Of a stretch of 64,000 nucleotides of DNA, positions 34,903-47,446 are shown piece after piece. The DNA is from the human T2T-CHM13v2.0 reference genome, Homo sapiens: NCBI RefSeq assembly GCF_009914755.1, contig NC_060926.1. The stretch is one strand, 5' to 3'. Position numbers and translations under genes: made by a program. Position 1 is the first letter of the stretch; every line of letters starts with the position of its first letter. The notes below the pieces were generated by a model. The model was not told where the DNA came from. It saw nothing but the letters and a program-made list of their open reading frames with translations, and searched no databases.

Positions 34903-35625
34903 TCAAAGATAAACAACACAGGGTTGCTGCTCTTAAGGATACAGGGAGTACAGAGACAACAAACTGCACAGCTAATCCGAAGACGCGGCAGGACTTGCTA
35001 AGTGCATTTGCGGAGGCATGGAGCTCTGGGAAAGCCCAGAAGAGGAAAAGGCTGGTTTTGACTCCAGGCATGCAGAGGTTTCATGGACAGGCATTTGAGT
35101 TTGGCCTTGGAATGATGGGCAGAATTTCCACAAGCAGAAGGGGCAGGTGCAAGCAAGGACACGTGGAGGCAGGCTGCTGGTGCGTGCTGGCAAAGCAGCA
35201 CATCCTGAGGGCGAGTGTGGTGTGAACCTAGGACCCAGACAAGAAAGATGTTGAGTGCTGGGCTTCTCTCATTCTATAAAGAAAGATGAACTACAAGATT
35301 GTTTTTTCTTCTTTTCATTCAACAAACATTTTGAGTGCCTACCATATGCTGGGCACAGCTCTAGGCATGAGGACAGATACGACATTCATAATTTGCATTT
35401 TCATTGTACTGTCAACATTTTCAAAGAGCTCTGGGAGCCACGCTTTATCTCATCCTCATAAATACAGAGATTGAATGATTTGCCAAAGTTTTATCATTAA
35501 TTAATAGCAGAAGCTCCTAATTCCAGATACAAACCACTCTACTGAACAACGGACCCTCCGTCCTAGTTGCCTGGTGCTTATCTCCGCCGGGTGTCTGGAA
35601 AGTGCTCGCCCTGTTCTTCTACCCC

Positions 35626-36055
35626 TGCATCAGTGTGCTAGGGCTGCTGAAACAAAGTGTCCCAGACTGGGTGGCTGGAACAACAGAAATTTATTTTTCT
35701 AGAGCTAGAAGTCCAGGATTGAGGTGCTAGCAGGCTTGGTTGCTTTGAGGGCCGTAAGAAAGTGTCTGTCCCATGCCTCTCTCCTGCCTTCTGGTGGTTT
35801 GCTGGTATCTTTGGCACTCCTTGGTTTGTAGATCCACCGCCCCAGTCTCTGCCTTCACTGTCACATGGCCTTCTCCATGTATGCATGTATGTGTTCAAAT
35901 ATCTTTTTATAAGGACATTAGCCACTGAATTAGGGCCCACACTAATAACCTCATTTTAACCTAATTACCTCTATAAAGACCCCACTTCCAAATTAAAGTC
36001 ACATTCTGAGGTACTGAAACCTACCTTTTTGGGGGAAACAATTCAGCCCCTAACA
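35626..36055 (-). mobile_element. MaLR solo LTR (MLT1B/C-like)
   Basis: ctagggctgctgaaacaaag...aacaacagaaatttatt...gtcacattctgaggtactg...attcagcccctaaca. Confidence 0.8.
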
Positions 36056-37059
36056 CCTCCCCAGCACTTCACGCCCCACCTCACATTCCACTGCTGATTG
36101 AGCTGAACCTTCACTTCCCAGGTCTCACACATCCATCCCTTTTCCCTCGCCAGTGGTGTGGTGGCCCAACCACACCAAAATAAAAAACTGCCTAGGCCAG
36201 GTGAGGCCAGATCCCATGACTCCATCCAAGACAGCCCAGTGGCCAAGGAGGTTGCACAGGGTCTCCCCCACTCCCCACTGGAAGACAGCAGGGGCAGGGT
36301 CCAGATGGTATAATCAGTGGGTACACCTGGAGGACGTGCAACAACCACGTGACCCACTGGCATTTTAGAATGTCAACTCCAGCATCAGGGATGGTAGAGA
36401 GACGATCACAGCAGGAAGACTAGTCAGGAAACAGGTACGGCGGTCAGAGGCAAGGAGAGAGAAAGGGTCCGAGCTGGGGACGCTATGGTGAGGATGGAGA
36501 GGTGGTGGCAGAGGGAATGACATGGCTGGGACTGCGGAACAGGGTGCAAGGGTGGGCAACTGAGCCAAGCGTGGAGCAGAGTGCTGAAGACAACGAGCCC
36601 ACAGAAGAATCAGCCCCCAGGGGAAACGAGAGCTCTTTAGACGCGCTGAGAGTGAGGGAGCAAATCTTGGTAGATACTGAAGTCTGGAGCTCAGGAGAGA
36701 GGCAGGGGCTGGAGACCAGTTTTGAGAGTCCTGAGTGGATTAGATCACCTTGGGAAAGCAAGAGGCAGCAGGAATGGAGGCTCAGTGAAGTGCAGTCATG
36801 GGCCAAACCCTGGAAAAGACAATGTTTTAAAGAGAGCTGGGGCACAGATGTGAGAAAAAGGAGGTCCAGAAGGGTCCAAGAAGCAGGAGGAGAACCAGGA
36901 GAGAAGGGTGGTTCCTGAGACCAGGACGGTTCAGGAAGACCAACAGCACGCACTCCTTCGGGGCCCCCCTGCTGCTCTCTCTTGCTGGACTTTGCTTAAT
37001 GTGAGCAAACTGTCACAAATAAGCTGATTGAGCTCCCATCAAAAGAAAACTGCAAGCAT

Positions 37060-40000
37060 GCCTCTCTCATCTTTTAACTGTTTATTGTATAATATAAAAC
37101 TACAAAAGTAAGACTGCTCATTTCCATGTACATTTAATCTGTCCAATTGTTTAGATTACAGCCCAAACCTACATGTGAATACAGCCATCTGGGTTCCGAT
37201 GTAACGTCTGTAATATTGCATAGAAAAGGCACAGCTCTCAGGTCTGTGGGGGAAAGGTTATACCTCCTTTTTGACAAAAGCCCTCCTCAAAAACCATGCA
37301 CCAAACATGTCACTATGTACATCTTTTTTCAAAATCTCGGTCATGCGCACATATGGCCTGCATTTCTCTTCCAAAACTTGTTATCCCCAAAAGAAGTCCA
37401 ACTTTTTATTGGCTTTGTCTGCAATAGCATTTGATCCTGGCTAATTTTCAAGAACCATTCAGACTCATTCTTAGAAACACTGAAAACAATTGTACATAAG
37501 CAGGATGCACACAACTCCATGCCTCCAGGTGCGGGGCAGTTACAGGAAGGTAACCATTTACAGCCAGAAAAGGTTAAATATACTCTTTTCATTGTTTTCA
37601 GAAAATGTATAAAGGTCCAATTTGTAACAGCAAGGTTTTCAAATTAAGACAATTCGTATAGAGTAGCAATTGCTGCACGAAGTAGAGTCTTTTTTTTTTT
37701 TTTTTTACATTTGTCATTTAAGAAGGCTGCCCTGCGGTATTCATAATTCATTGTTTACCACAAAGGTGGTTCATAAATTTAAGCTTTAAAAACGATCTGT
37801 AAGTTGATACTTTGGCTCTTTGGAGCTTATTTCATTAAGAAATTTTCCTTGATTGACCTCAGGGCAGCTGGGGCACTCCAAGGGGCTATGGCGATAAAAA
37901 GCTCAATTGGTAAAGACACTCGAGAGGTGCAGAGGAGGCTCTGGCCACTGCTCACCCTTTGGTATGAACAAGGGTGCCCATGTGGTTGCCCCTTCTGTCA
38001 TCCAGAGAAAGTGCTACTAAAAAAACTTTAAAAAATATCAACCCTTTGATGCTTTTCTTAAAAATTTGGAGGTATTAAAACATTCCTCATACCTTTTGCA
38101 TATTTCAAATAGACCCATATTAGAGAAGAGTAAAAATGAATGCGGACTGTGCATACAATGAGAAGACCTGGGGGCCTGGCTTGGACCCCCTTTTAATACA
38201 GATTTACATTCCTACAAGAGAATACATTCCTACCATACATTCTGCACATGTTACGATCCAGATGTTAGCGCTCCACAGTAAAATAAATATATTTACACAG
38301 AAAAAAGGAATAAATAACTTATGGGGGGAAAAAAACTCACTTCAAAGCTCTTACGATTCTGCTCTCATCTTGTCACTTCATTGCACATCAGTGTCAATAA
38401 CTGTCCTCTCCCAGCCCCAGCTCGGTTTTCTCGTAAAGGCACCTCAAGCTGCCTGCCTGGCCCTGGATGCCATGTGATGTCTTTCATAAAGGGAAGGCAC
38501 TGCTGGAAGCACATCCCACACTCAAACTGGGACTTGGAGATCCCACTCCAGCTCCTACTGTTCCCTGTTGGGACATCACTTTGTAAGAATAGGATGCAAA
38601 AGCAATTAGAACCCTAGATCATTTTGATCTTTCTGAAAATGGGCTGCTAATTTTCCATGTCTTTCTTGTTAGACTTTGAGTATCAGGGATTTATGGCAAC
38701 GGTGTCAGAGTTAAAAAGCATTTGCCTGCTGTTTTTGGGGTTTTTGTTTTGATTTTGAAGCCCAGCCTTACAAATACATAAGAGTCAGAGAACCAAGTTT
38801 GGGCAACACTTCTCCGTGCTTATTTGAACTGTTGCCCAACATATGGGATTTGTTTAAACACATGATTTGCTAATCCAACAAAAGTACAGTTGTTGTAAGT
38901 TACTGTAAATCAGTTTTTAACAATGGCAAACCAACTGTTTTACCCTGTTATTGTTCAGAATCATCAATACTATTGTATATGTGTACGTAGGTAGATGTGT
39001 GCAGCATGCGGCAGGTTTGCCAGGTCCTCCAGTTATAGAAAGCATGGAATCTGGGCAGACTTGTTCTCTGCAAGAAAGGGAAGCTCTTAAAATTAACAGG
39101 CATACTGACACTGGAAGCATCTACTACAACCCTCACCTCAGTTACATGGTCCCTGGTCCTATTAAAGGAAATGACACACCTGTAGCAGTACGAGGTGTCT
39201 GCGTGGAGGTTGCTTGTAGGAGAACAAGTGCAATTTGATCAGTTTCTCACTGCTCTACTGAGCTGATAATTAGCCTTTAAAACACATTCAAGTGGGGGGA
39301 AAAAGTAAATTAGAATGTAGAAAGCCTTTATCATATCATACTCAAATCTTTTGCTTAGATGAGCAGTTCCTTCATCACAAACGTCTTTGCTTTGCCATGT
39401 GCATTACAAAAATAAAACTAACTATGGCTTGCTTAAAGTGCCATTTTATAAAGTTGTCTTTTTTAATTAGCCAGAAAGACCCAATTTTATCCATGGCAAG
39501 AAGTGAGCAGAATTGGTGACTGAATATTGACAAATGACCAACAACAAAGACAACAACAACAACAAAACATCCCATAATTTAAAAATTTTTAAATAAATAT
39601 AAAAGTTATTCCTAAAGAAGCCATCTGCATAACAATATAGGTTGTAACCTGCACTCAACAGCTAAAGTACCATTGGAAGAAAAGAAAAAACTGAAACAAG
39701 AAGGCCATAAACAGTTTCGGCAACAAGCATGATACATTGCAACCTTTTTAAAATTAAATGTACACCACTAGGAATAAAAAGCTACTTCTCAAGTGTGTCC
39801 TGGGAGATAAGGTGATGGGGGGGGAATTGGGGGGAGGAGGGAAAACATGCATAGAAAGTCCTGTCTGAGTTTTGGGGTAAAACAGCCTTGACAAGTGTGA
39901 AGTAGCTGACTCAGGAAAGCAACCAGATGGGAAGCTGTGACGTAATGTGATGAACTCCAGGTTCAAGAGTCACACATGTTGTAAGAGTGCATCCCGGGCC

Positions 40001-41364
40001 GGCCGAGGCGAGCCAAGCTCACTGTGGTGATCACGAAGATGCCATTTTCAGCTCTTAGCAACACAGGGAAAGCTCTAGGGAAAGGAAGCTGCAGAAGACA
40101 ATTAAGCAACATGATGGATGCCTTCTGGGGAGATTTTCTTCTTTAAGGGCCCTAAGCATTGCAACAGGGCTGAGTTCCATGAAGAAGTTGGTTGCTTTTC
40201 GGATGTAAAATTTTGTTCGGATGTAAAATTTCAGGTCATCATAAAAATTATGCCAAAAAGGAAAGATCTGGGTTTTCATTAAAAAACAAAATAAAAACAA
40301 TTAAAAGCGCAAACTTGGCATAAATACACTCTTAAGAAAGACAGTAGCTTTACCCTCAAAAGAGGGAGCAAAAGAGAACCATCACTTAAACCCCCAGCTC
40401 CACAGCCATCTCCCGCCAACTGCTTAATGCAAGTTTGATGAGCACATGTGGCTCTGGCTTTGGAAGTCACAGTACTGGCGGGTGTTGGTGCCAGGGGGTC
40501 AGTGCTTGTGAAATTTGGGTGTGATATCACCTGGCCCTTTCTTAAAGCACTGTGTGTGTGTTTATGGGTGTGTGCATGTGTGTGCCTGTGTTTGCATTTG
40601 GGGACATCAACTGCAGATTGATTTGATCCAATTTTCTCTTGCACCATACACATATAAAACATTACAACTCTATAAAAGTACAAGTGCAACTTGTACATCT
40701 GAAGTTTGCAGGAACTATGTGAGCAAATCCTATCAAAATAGCTATCTCATATGTATAAACAGCATTTGTTTTTAGAAAAACAATATCATAAACTGCAGAA
40801 TCTGTACAAAAATATAAAATAAATTTGGGCAGCAGTTTTCTAAACAGCCATGTAAATGCAACACTTACGAGGAGTAGTTAATGCCTCTAAAAAGGCCGAA
40901 TTGCCAAGTCAACCTATACAGGGCAAAAATGCCAGAAAAGGTACTGAGATTATCTAAATAAGATATATATATATAGTTTTCTTCTTTACCTCTTGCAATA
41001 AAACTTATAGAAAAAATAGACAAATATGCACATGCAATTTACAGCTTTTCCAACTTAATCCTTGTGCTTCACTTGAACTGTTTATTTTTGTCATTCAACA
41101 TTGCAACATTGTCTTCAAATGGATTCTTTCCTATACCAGGGTAGTAGGTCTCTGAGGAACCACTCAAAAAAGTGTATTAAAAGTGGTCATACTTGGATGA
41201 AGGCACTCCAACTCTGCTCAAAGCAAAAACTAGTGTGATCCTGTTGTAAAATTTTCTTTTTCTCTGAAAAAGGCAAGCAAGGGTGCATGCACAGTGTGGA
41301 GAACTGTCAGGGTTATGGGAACGCTCTGGGGTCTGGGTGGGCATAGTCGCTGGGTCCCTGGGTC
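37060..41364 (-). other. SERTAD2: SERTAD2 3'UTR (~4.3 kb)
   Basis: AT-rich stretch after the stop codon with no recognisable interspersed repeats, ending at AATAAA (plus tttatt 37081-37086); composition changes abruptly beyond it. Confidence 0.8.
37081..37086 (-). terminator. SERTAD2: Distal polyadenylation signal AATAAA
   Basis: Canonical hexamer with upstream TGTA motifs and a downstream U/GU-rich stretch (minus strand GCAGTTTTCTTTTG). Confidence 0.75.
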
Positions 41365-42309
41365 TTAGGACCCAACAAGCACCTCCATGATGTGGTCCAG
41401 CTCTGTGAGGTCCATTTTGAAAGGCTGACTTGGGGTGACAGGCTGACTGCTGTAAGGAGCCAGAGTTTTGAGGAGGTCGTCGGCAGACACAGGGGCCATT
41501 TTTGAGGCTGTCCCTGATGAGGAAGTGCAGGGGTCAAAATCATACATGGACGTATCAATGTCAGCAAACAGGATGTCATCCAGGGTCAAGTCTGTCAGGA
41601 AACCCGTGGACGTCGTTATTTCAAAATTCCCAGGCAGAGAGTCCATCAGTTTTGAGTCATCTGCGCGGCTCTCTTGAGGACCGTCGAGTTTCTGGGTGCC
41701 AGCCTCGCTGGAGGTCCCTTTCACACTGTCAGTCGCAGCCGTGGCCGCCTCTGTGGAGGTAGATGTGGGACAGAGCTCCTCGATCTCGTCCAAGGCAGAG
41801 GAGAAACTGTCCTTTTCTGGCAAGAGGGCTGGAGGTGACAGTTTGGTGGGAGCCGTGGGCTGCATGGCCTGGGAGGTGCAAAACGTGTCATCGTCGTCCT
41901 CGAGCAGTGAGGCCGGGGTGAGGCAGGCCTCCAGGGGCGTAGTGCTTCCGAGGTCGCAGGGGTGGGAGGACGGGGACGCCAGGTGGCTGAAGGCCGGCGG
42001 GGCCTCTCGGTAGCTGTCGCTGGGCTCGGTGGTGGGCTGGGAGGAGGGGGTGAACATGGGCCTCAGGCTGCCTTCCTGTTTGAGTTCCTCCTGGATCCGC
42101 CTCAACATGTTGTTAATTAAAACGGTCTTTTGCAAGCTGGGCTCTGTCAGGGGCCTGTGGTTATAGAGTTTCATAAGGGAAATGTTGAAGATAGTCTGGC
42201 GCTGTAAGGTGTAAGACACCTTGGATGGACCGTCACAGGGAGACACGATTTTGCCTTCCAGCCCATCTTCATGCTCATCAAACTTCCGTTTTCCTCCTTT
42301 ACCCAACAT
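41365..42309 (-). CDS. SERTAD2: SERTA domain-containing protein 2 (TRIP-Br2), 314 aa, E2F/DP transcriptional co-regulator; CDS lies in a single exon
   Basis: ORF 41365..42342 minus its first 11 codons, which lie upstream of the start (mostly intronic), gives MLGKGGKRKF...LDHIMEVLVGS. Recognisable SERTA domain (YTLQRQTIFNISLMKL...LQKTVLINNMLRRIQEE) and acidic C-terminus. ATG is at 42309, 4 nt after an acceptor (polypyrimidine tract + CTGCAG). Confidence 0.97.
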   Translation of the reverse strand: MLGKGGKRKFDEHEDGLEGKIVSPCDGPSKVSYTLQRQTIFNISLMKLYNHRPLTEPSLQKTVLINNMLRRIQEELKQEGSLRPMFTPSSQPTTEPSDSYREAPPAFSHLASPSSHPCDLGSTTPLEACLTPASLLEDDDDTFCTSQAMQPTAPTKLSPPALLPEKDSFSSALDEIEELCPTSTSTEAATAATDSVKGTSSEAGTQKLDGPQESRADDSKLMDSLPGNFEITTSTGFLTDLTLDDILFADIDTSMYDFDPCTSSSGTASKMAPVSADDLLKTLAPYSSQPVTPSQPFKMDLTELDHIMEVLVGS

Positions 42310-44619
42310 ATATCTGCAGAGGGGAGAGAGAGGAAATGGCATTAATCACATGAAAGCTGATTTCTCCCATAAAAAAAGAGACTGATTTAGAGGGCAGGAC
42401 TTGGACCTCAGTTTCCTGCCCAGGGTTATTTACAAGTACACGTGGATTAATTAGGGGTGGGAGGAAGGAAGACCTTTTACAATAAGAGAGAGTTAGAAAA
42501 TCCACCTTTGTATGCCTGTGGAGCAATTTTTATCACTAGGTAGTCTGGTGAGTGTATTTCTTGAGAAATGTGTACGACACAGACAAGTTAAGAATTACCA
42601 TGGAAACCATGATTTTGACTTTCTCAGCTCATGTGCTTGTGTTCGCATGCCTAAGATTATCATGCAGGTTCGATTTCCCTCCCCCACGTAGATTTATTTT
42701 TAAAGCCCAAGAAAACACTTACAATGCTATGACCTAAACAGATACAGGTGTCATAGATTACAGCTTGAGCACTTCTTAAAGGATTAAAAGAACCAAGTTA
42801 AAGAAAGGTAACATGTATAATTTGGGTAGAACTGTGTGTGCTTTCAAAATGCTTTTCCTTCCTCATTAAGCACGGAGTCTTTCTGCCTGGTTGGGGACAT
42901 GTGGTGAAGCACTGCACCTGTGTTAAATGACCACAGTGACTGAGCCGCCGCCACTTTTCATTTAGAATCAAGGGGAGGAATGCGTATGTCCCAGCCTAAG
43001 TTCTTCCTTGGCTCAACTTCATCCACACACAGTTATGTTTGAAGACAACTGGATTAATTTTGAAGTAATTAGCTCTGATTATAAGCATTGCTGTTTGGGT
43101 ACTCGAGACATTTCCTAACAAACTACCTCCTGTGATTCCAGAGATACATGCATATTTTGAGGAAACCATGACCTCATATCTCAGACCCTGAGAATCTGGT
43201 AATGGGTTGAATTTTAAAACTGCAGCCAGGAACTCCTGCCCCATCTTGCCTGCTGCTCACAGGCCAGGCTGTGTCCTCTCTTGCTCTGGCCTTAGTGAAT
43301 ACATTTTATCAACTGGTTGTCACCTTCTGGGGAGTGGGCCTTCCAACTTTCCAAGATCATGTGACATCGTCACAACCTCCTTTCAGAACTTCTACTGTCT
43401 AAACAGAACAATCTCAAGTTCATTAGCCTTTGCCTCAAAGATCTCACTTTCTAACCATTTAACAAGAAACCTGTCTTTTGGTGTTCGGACCAGGATCGTG
43501 GTTCGAATGAAGCCAGGCCCATGCTTGCTCCCTCACCGTCCCCGCCTCCAGCTACAGCACTCTCAGGGACTCCTGCTAATCCTGTCCTCAGTGTGACTCA
43601 CTCTCATGTCTTCATATACAGGCAACTGCTTTGTAGTTATTCAATTTCTCTTCTAAATGCCACTTACCTTTTAATGAACTGCTTCAGCTGATTGATCACA
43701 CCTCATTCAATCCTTTAATAACTTATCCACATCTACACTGTCATAGGCATTTGGCCAGGCCCAGTGGGGAGTCCCACATGAACACCCTGGCCTTCAAGAG
43801 GCTAAATAGCCCCTCCTACACCTGATCACCATTTTGAATTTCAAGTCTCGACCTAAAGAAATAAGGCTAAATGGAATATAAACTTCACAGAACTTCTTTC
43901 TCATACTTTGTCACAAAGCAGGCCATGCTGCCCTCAAGGCCAGTATACAGGTAGACATGGAGCCTGCCACTTGGGGTAACCGTCTTACCTCATGTCTCAT
44001 GAGGTCTCCAGAAGAGACAGATGAACAAGCTGCGACCTATCAACATCAGAATCGGCTTGAGATTTGTTAATACTTATGAAGAATGTGGAGTTACTTGCAT
44101 GAAACATCTCCCCTCATTTTGTTAACATTTAAAAAATGGCTGTCAATCACAATGACCAGTCCAGTAATTAATTGTTCTTCAGGGCAATAAAGGTTATGAT
44201 AGTAACAGTTGGTTTGTCTAATACTTCAAGTGATAGACATATTTCCTACTGTTTAGTGCTAAAATTCTCATCTGTGTATTTACTTTGCATAGAACATTTC
44301 CTATCTAAAGTATCTGTTTAAACTTGAAGGTGAATCAGAGTGGAGGTGGTTTCATCTCATATTGCAAAACGTTTTCTACTTCATGCATGAGAGGTACTAC
44401 TGGACAACTGGGTTTTGAAACATAACTGTATTCACAGGTATGCTATTGGTATTTGCTTATAATTTAAGCATTTAAATACTTATAGAAAAATTTCACTTTT
44501 GCTAAAGAGCTAAGTGCATTTAATTCTCATATAAAGTTCTAAGATTTATGTTATGTTATAATGTGATCATGGCAACATACTTAAATGTGTGAGTACACAG
44601 ATACATACACACTCTAAAA

Positions 44620-44915
44620 TAGTGTTTCTCAAAGTGTGGCCACAGATGGTGCCTGTCTGCGAACTGTTACTGGTCCACGATGAGGTATGTAGAGAGAGAC
44701 ATTTTATTATTTAGAAACTTCTACAGCAAATTTACACAGTAACTGTTATGTCTGTACATGGAATTTTTAAAATGGGGCTTCTATTTTCCATAACTTTGTA
44801 TTTTTATTTCATTTTATGATAATTATTTTTATTGTGTCTTACTGAAGTCTGTGAAAGATTGGGGGGCCAGGGAACCAAGAGAGCCCCTAATCACAGAAAG
44901 CTTGAGAAGCACTGT
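44620..44915. mobile_element. hAT-Charlie-type element
   Basis: Termini agtgtttctcaaa ... ttgagaagcactg. Confidence 0.5.
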
Positions 44916-47269
44916 CCGTAAGTGTAAAACAAAATACAACCGAAAACAAACTAGCTTATTGCCACTGTGGATTTTTATCGGTTTTCTGGAGGAGAGGTAA
45001 CATTTAGGGAAGATGGTGTAGACTCTTCTTACAGTCATCAATGCAGAATTGTCTTTTTAAAGACTTGTTACTAGAACAAACAACAGGGCTTTTTTAATAC
45101 TGCATTTTTCTAGAAATAATCACTGAATCTACAGAATTCACCTATTTAAAAAGTATACAGGCCATGCAAAATATTATAGGCATTTAGTAGAATTCCCATA
45201 GCTGAAAGAGATCTTTGGAGATATTTTCAGAAGGATTTCAATGTGAGAAGCACCTAATTTCCAATTAGAATGATCCAGCTGGCCAGAGCTGTGTGCTAAT
45301 CCTAATGATTTAGAGAAAGCCTGATAAGACATCTGTAATGCTGCCTGGAAGGGGAGGGCAGAGGGCTCGGTAAGCAAAACCTGTAAGCAGGAACAGACAC
45401 ACACACCAAATCTTGGATGCACCTCAGAGGTGTGAATACGGACCCCTGATGAAGTGTACCTCAAGGCAGTTTTGCCACCATTTCTCTATTTTGTATTATA
45501 AGGCAAAACTGACTCCACACACCCAGTAAGATTGTAAAATGCATATAATCTTGATTTTTAATCCTAATTCTATCTAAGCTGTTACAGAAAGGAATACAAT
45601 GCAACATAATAAAAAGTGAAGTCATTTTCCTTAAGTTTGCCTGACACACTGCAGTAACATTACAATGAGCATATTCAGAAGAGGCCTCCAACTCCTAGAG
45701 GGGGAGGGCAGTGGGAACTCTCACTCTCAGGGCTTTGTGTAACAACCACCTCCTTAAGCAGGGCCCAATTTAAAGGAGAAAAGACACGACATGCCCTCAA
45801 GAACCGGAGGGCAAGAAGCCAGGCGCATCAGCCCCTCCAGGCCTTTCTGGGCCTGGCTCAGGCTGGCCAAGGTCAGGGTCGGCCCAGCTCCTAGCTCCTC
45901 AGAAGCCTCTTTCCTCAGGCACTCTAAGAAAATAACAATAGCTCTTTAACCACCCTTTGGAGAGGCAAGGGACCTTTCAAAAAGGCTTCGCTGGGCTGCA
46001 ACTTGAAGATGAAGCAGTAGCAGGAGCTAAGGACGTGTAGGTGACTCTAGGGAGGGGGTGCTGTGGTTCCTGCGGAGGGGGGGCCTGGAGTTCACGAAAG
46101 GGGGGCCTGTGACCCATTGGCTTCCTAGGTCACCCCGGGGCTTTGACACTCCACTTTGTCTCCTCCCTTGGCTGGTGAAGACCAAAGCCTAAAAAACCCA
46201 TGTCTTCTACCCAATTTTTCTAAAGACCCAAAGTGCCCCTGAGCTCCAGGGCGGGGTTGGAGACTCCCACGTGGAGGAATCACGTGGGTGCTCCTCCATC
46301 TTCTGCCCACCCTAAGGGGCCTAAAACTAACCCCAGCCACTTTTCTACTGAATAGTCATTGGCTCTTAACATGAGGTTTGAGATCAAATGACCTCCCTCC
46401 CCAATAAACTTTTTAGAAACAAATTCCTAGCATTCTGGTTTTCTAAACATTAATTTTAACTGCTATTAACTGCAGCAAACTAAGTTTCAAACATAAAGAA
46501 CAAAACTCATTGGTAGAGACATAAATGAAAACTTCTGGAGTTTTCCAGGAAACTTCATACTAAACACAACTCTGTACATGAAAACTAGTTTTCAACTGTG
46601 CAACTTTTCATTAGGAAGGACCCTGCCCTCAAAAGCTACAATCTGGGTAGATGCTCAAAAGTAACAAATGTCACTAGAAGTGTCCTCAAAAGTCAAAGGA
46701 CCAGAGGACCAGGAGCCTGAATGACTTGACTTTTTGGGGCTTTGCAATTCCAGAATCTGAGTGACTCCCACAGTAAGCAATCTGAGAGATTACTGTGGGC
46801 TGGGGGCGGCCGGGAGACTGCTGGAAATAGATTTGTAGCCTATTTGAAAGTTACATTTAAGGTGGGATTGTCTCTTCATATCTGTTTCCCATCTCAAGAT
46901 AGTGAGCCCCCTAGGGCACAGACGGTGTGTGTTTTGTTCACTTCTGTACCCTCAGCATAAGGTAGTCTCCAACACAAGATGCTCCATAGATGGTCACTGA
47001 ATACACGAACAGTAAGTGGAAATAATGAGGAAAGACACCAAGGGGCAGCCAGGGCAGCACTGTAAAAACAGAGCCAGGTGTGTGTGTGTGTGTCCTTGAG
47101 CGTGAACTGTGTCTGGGAGGGAGGGTCTGAGGAATGGGAGGGTTGCACAGACCTCGGAGTTGAACGGTTTTACAGGCGGGATCAGGGTCGCGCAATGCAC
47201 CAGCAGCTGAGATATGGAGTAGGCAGGAAAGCTCCAGCTGAGAAGCTCTTCTGTGAGCGGCTCTCCCAT

Positions 47270-47446
47270 CCTTCACTTCTCAACCACGGACAAGCCTTAG
47301 GTTCACCTGGAGGCCTGATAAGCACAGGCCGTTGGGCCCCACCTCCCATATTTCTCTTTCAGCATGTCTGGGGAGGAGCCCTCAAATCAGCATTTCCAAC
47401 AAACTTTCGGGTGATGCTGGTCTGGGAACCTCACTTTGAGAATTAC
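47270..47446. mobile_element. MER5-like element
   Basis: ttctcaacc...ttcacctggag...tgctggtctgggaacctcactttgagaa. Confidence 0.6.

Noticed and set aside
40279-40698. 139-aa sense ORF within the 3'UTR
   Set aside because: No domain, runs through a degenerate (CA)n tract, and there is no evidence of initiation; it would need Ribo-seq support.
42310-42342. 11-aa N-terminal extension (MPFPLSPLCRY) in the ORF track
   Set aside because: Its ATG lies in the intron's branch/polypyrimidine region upstream of the acceptor at 42314, so it is absent from spliced mRNA.
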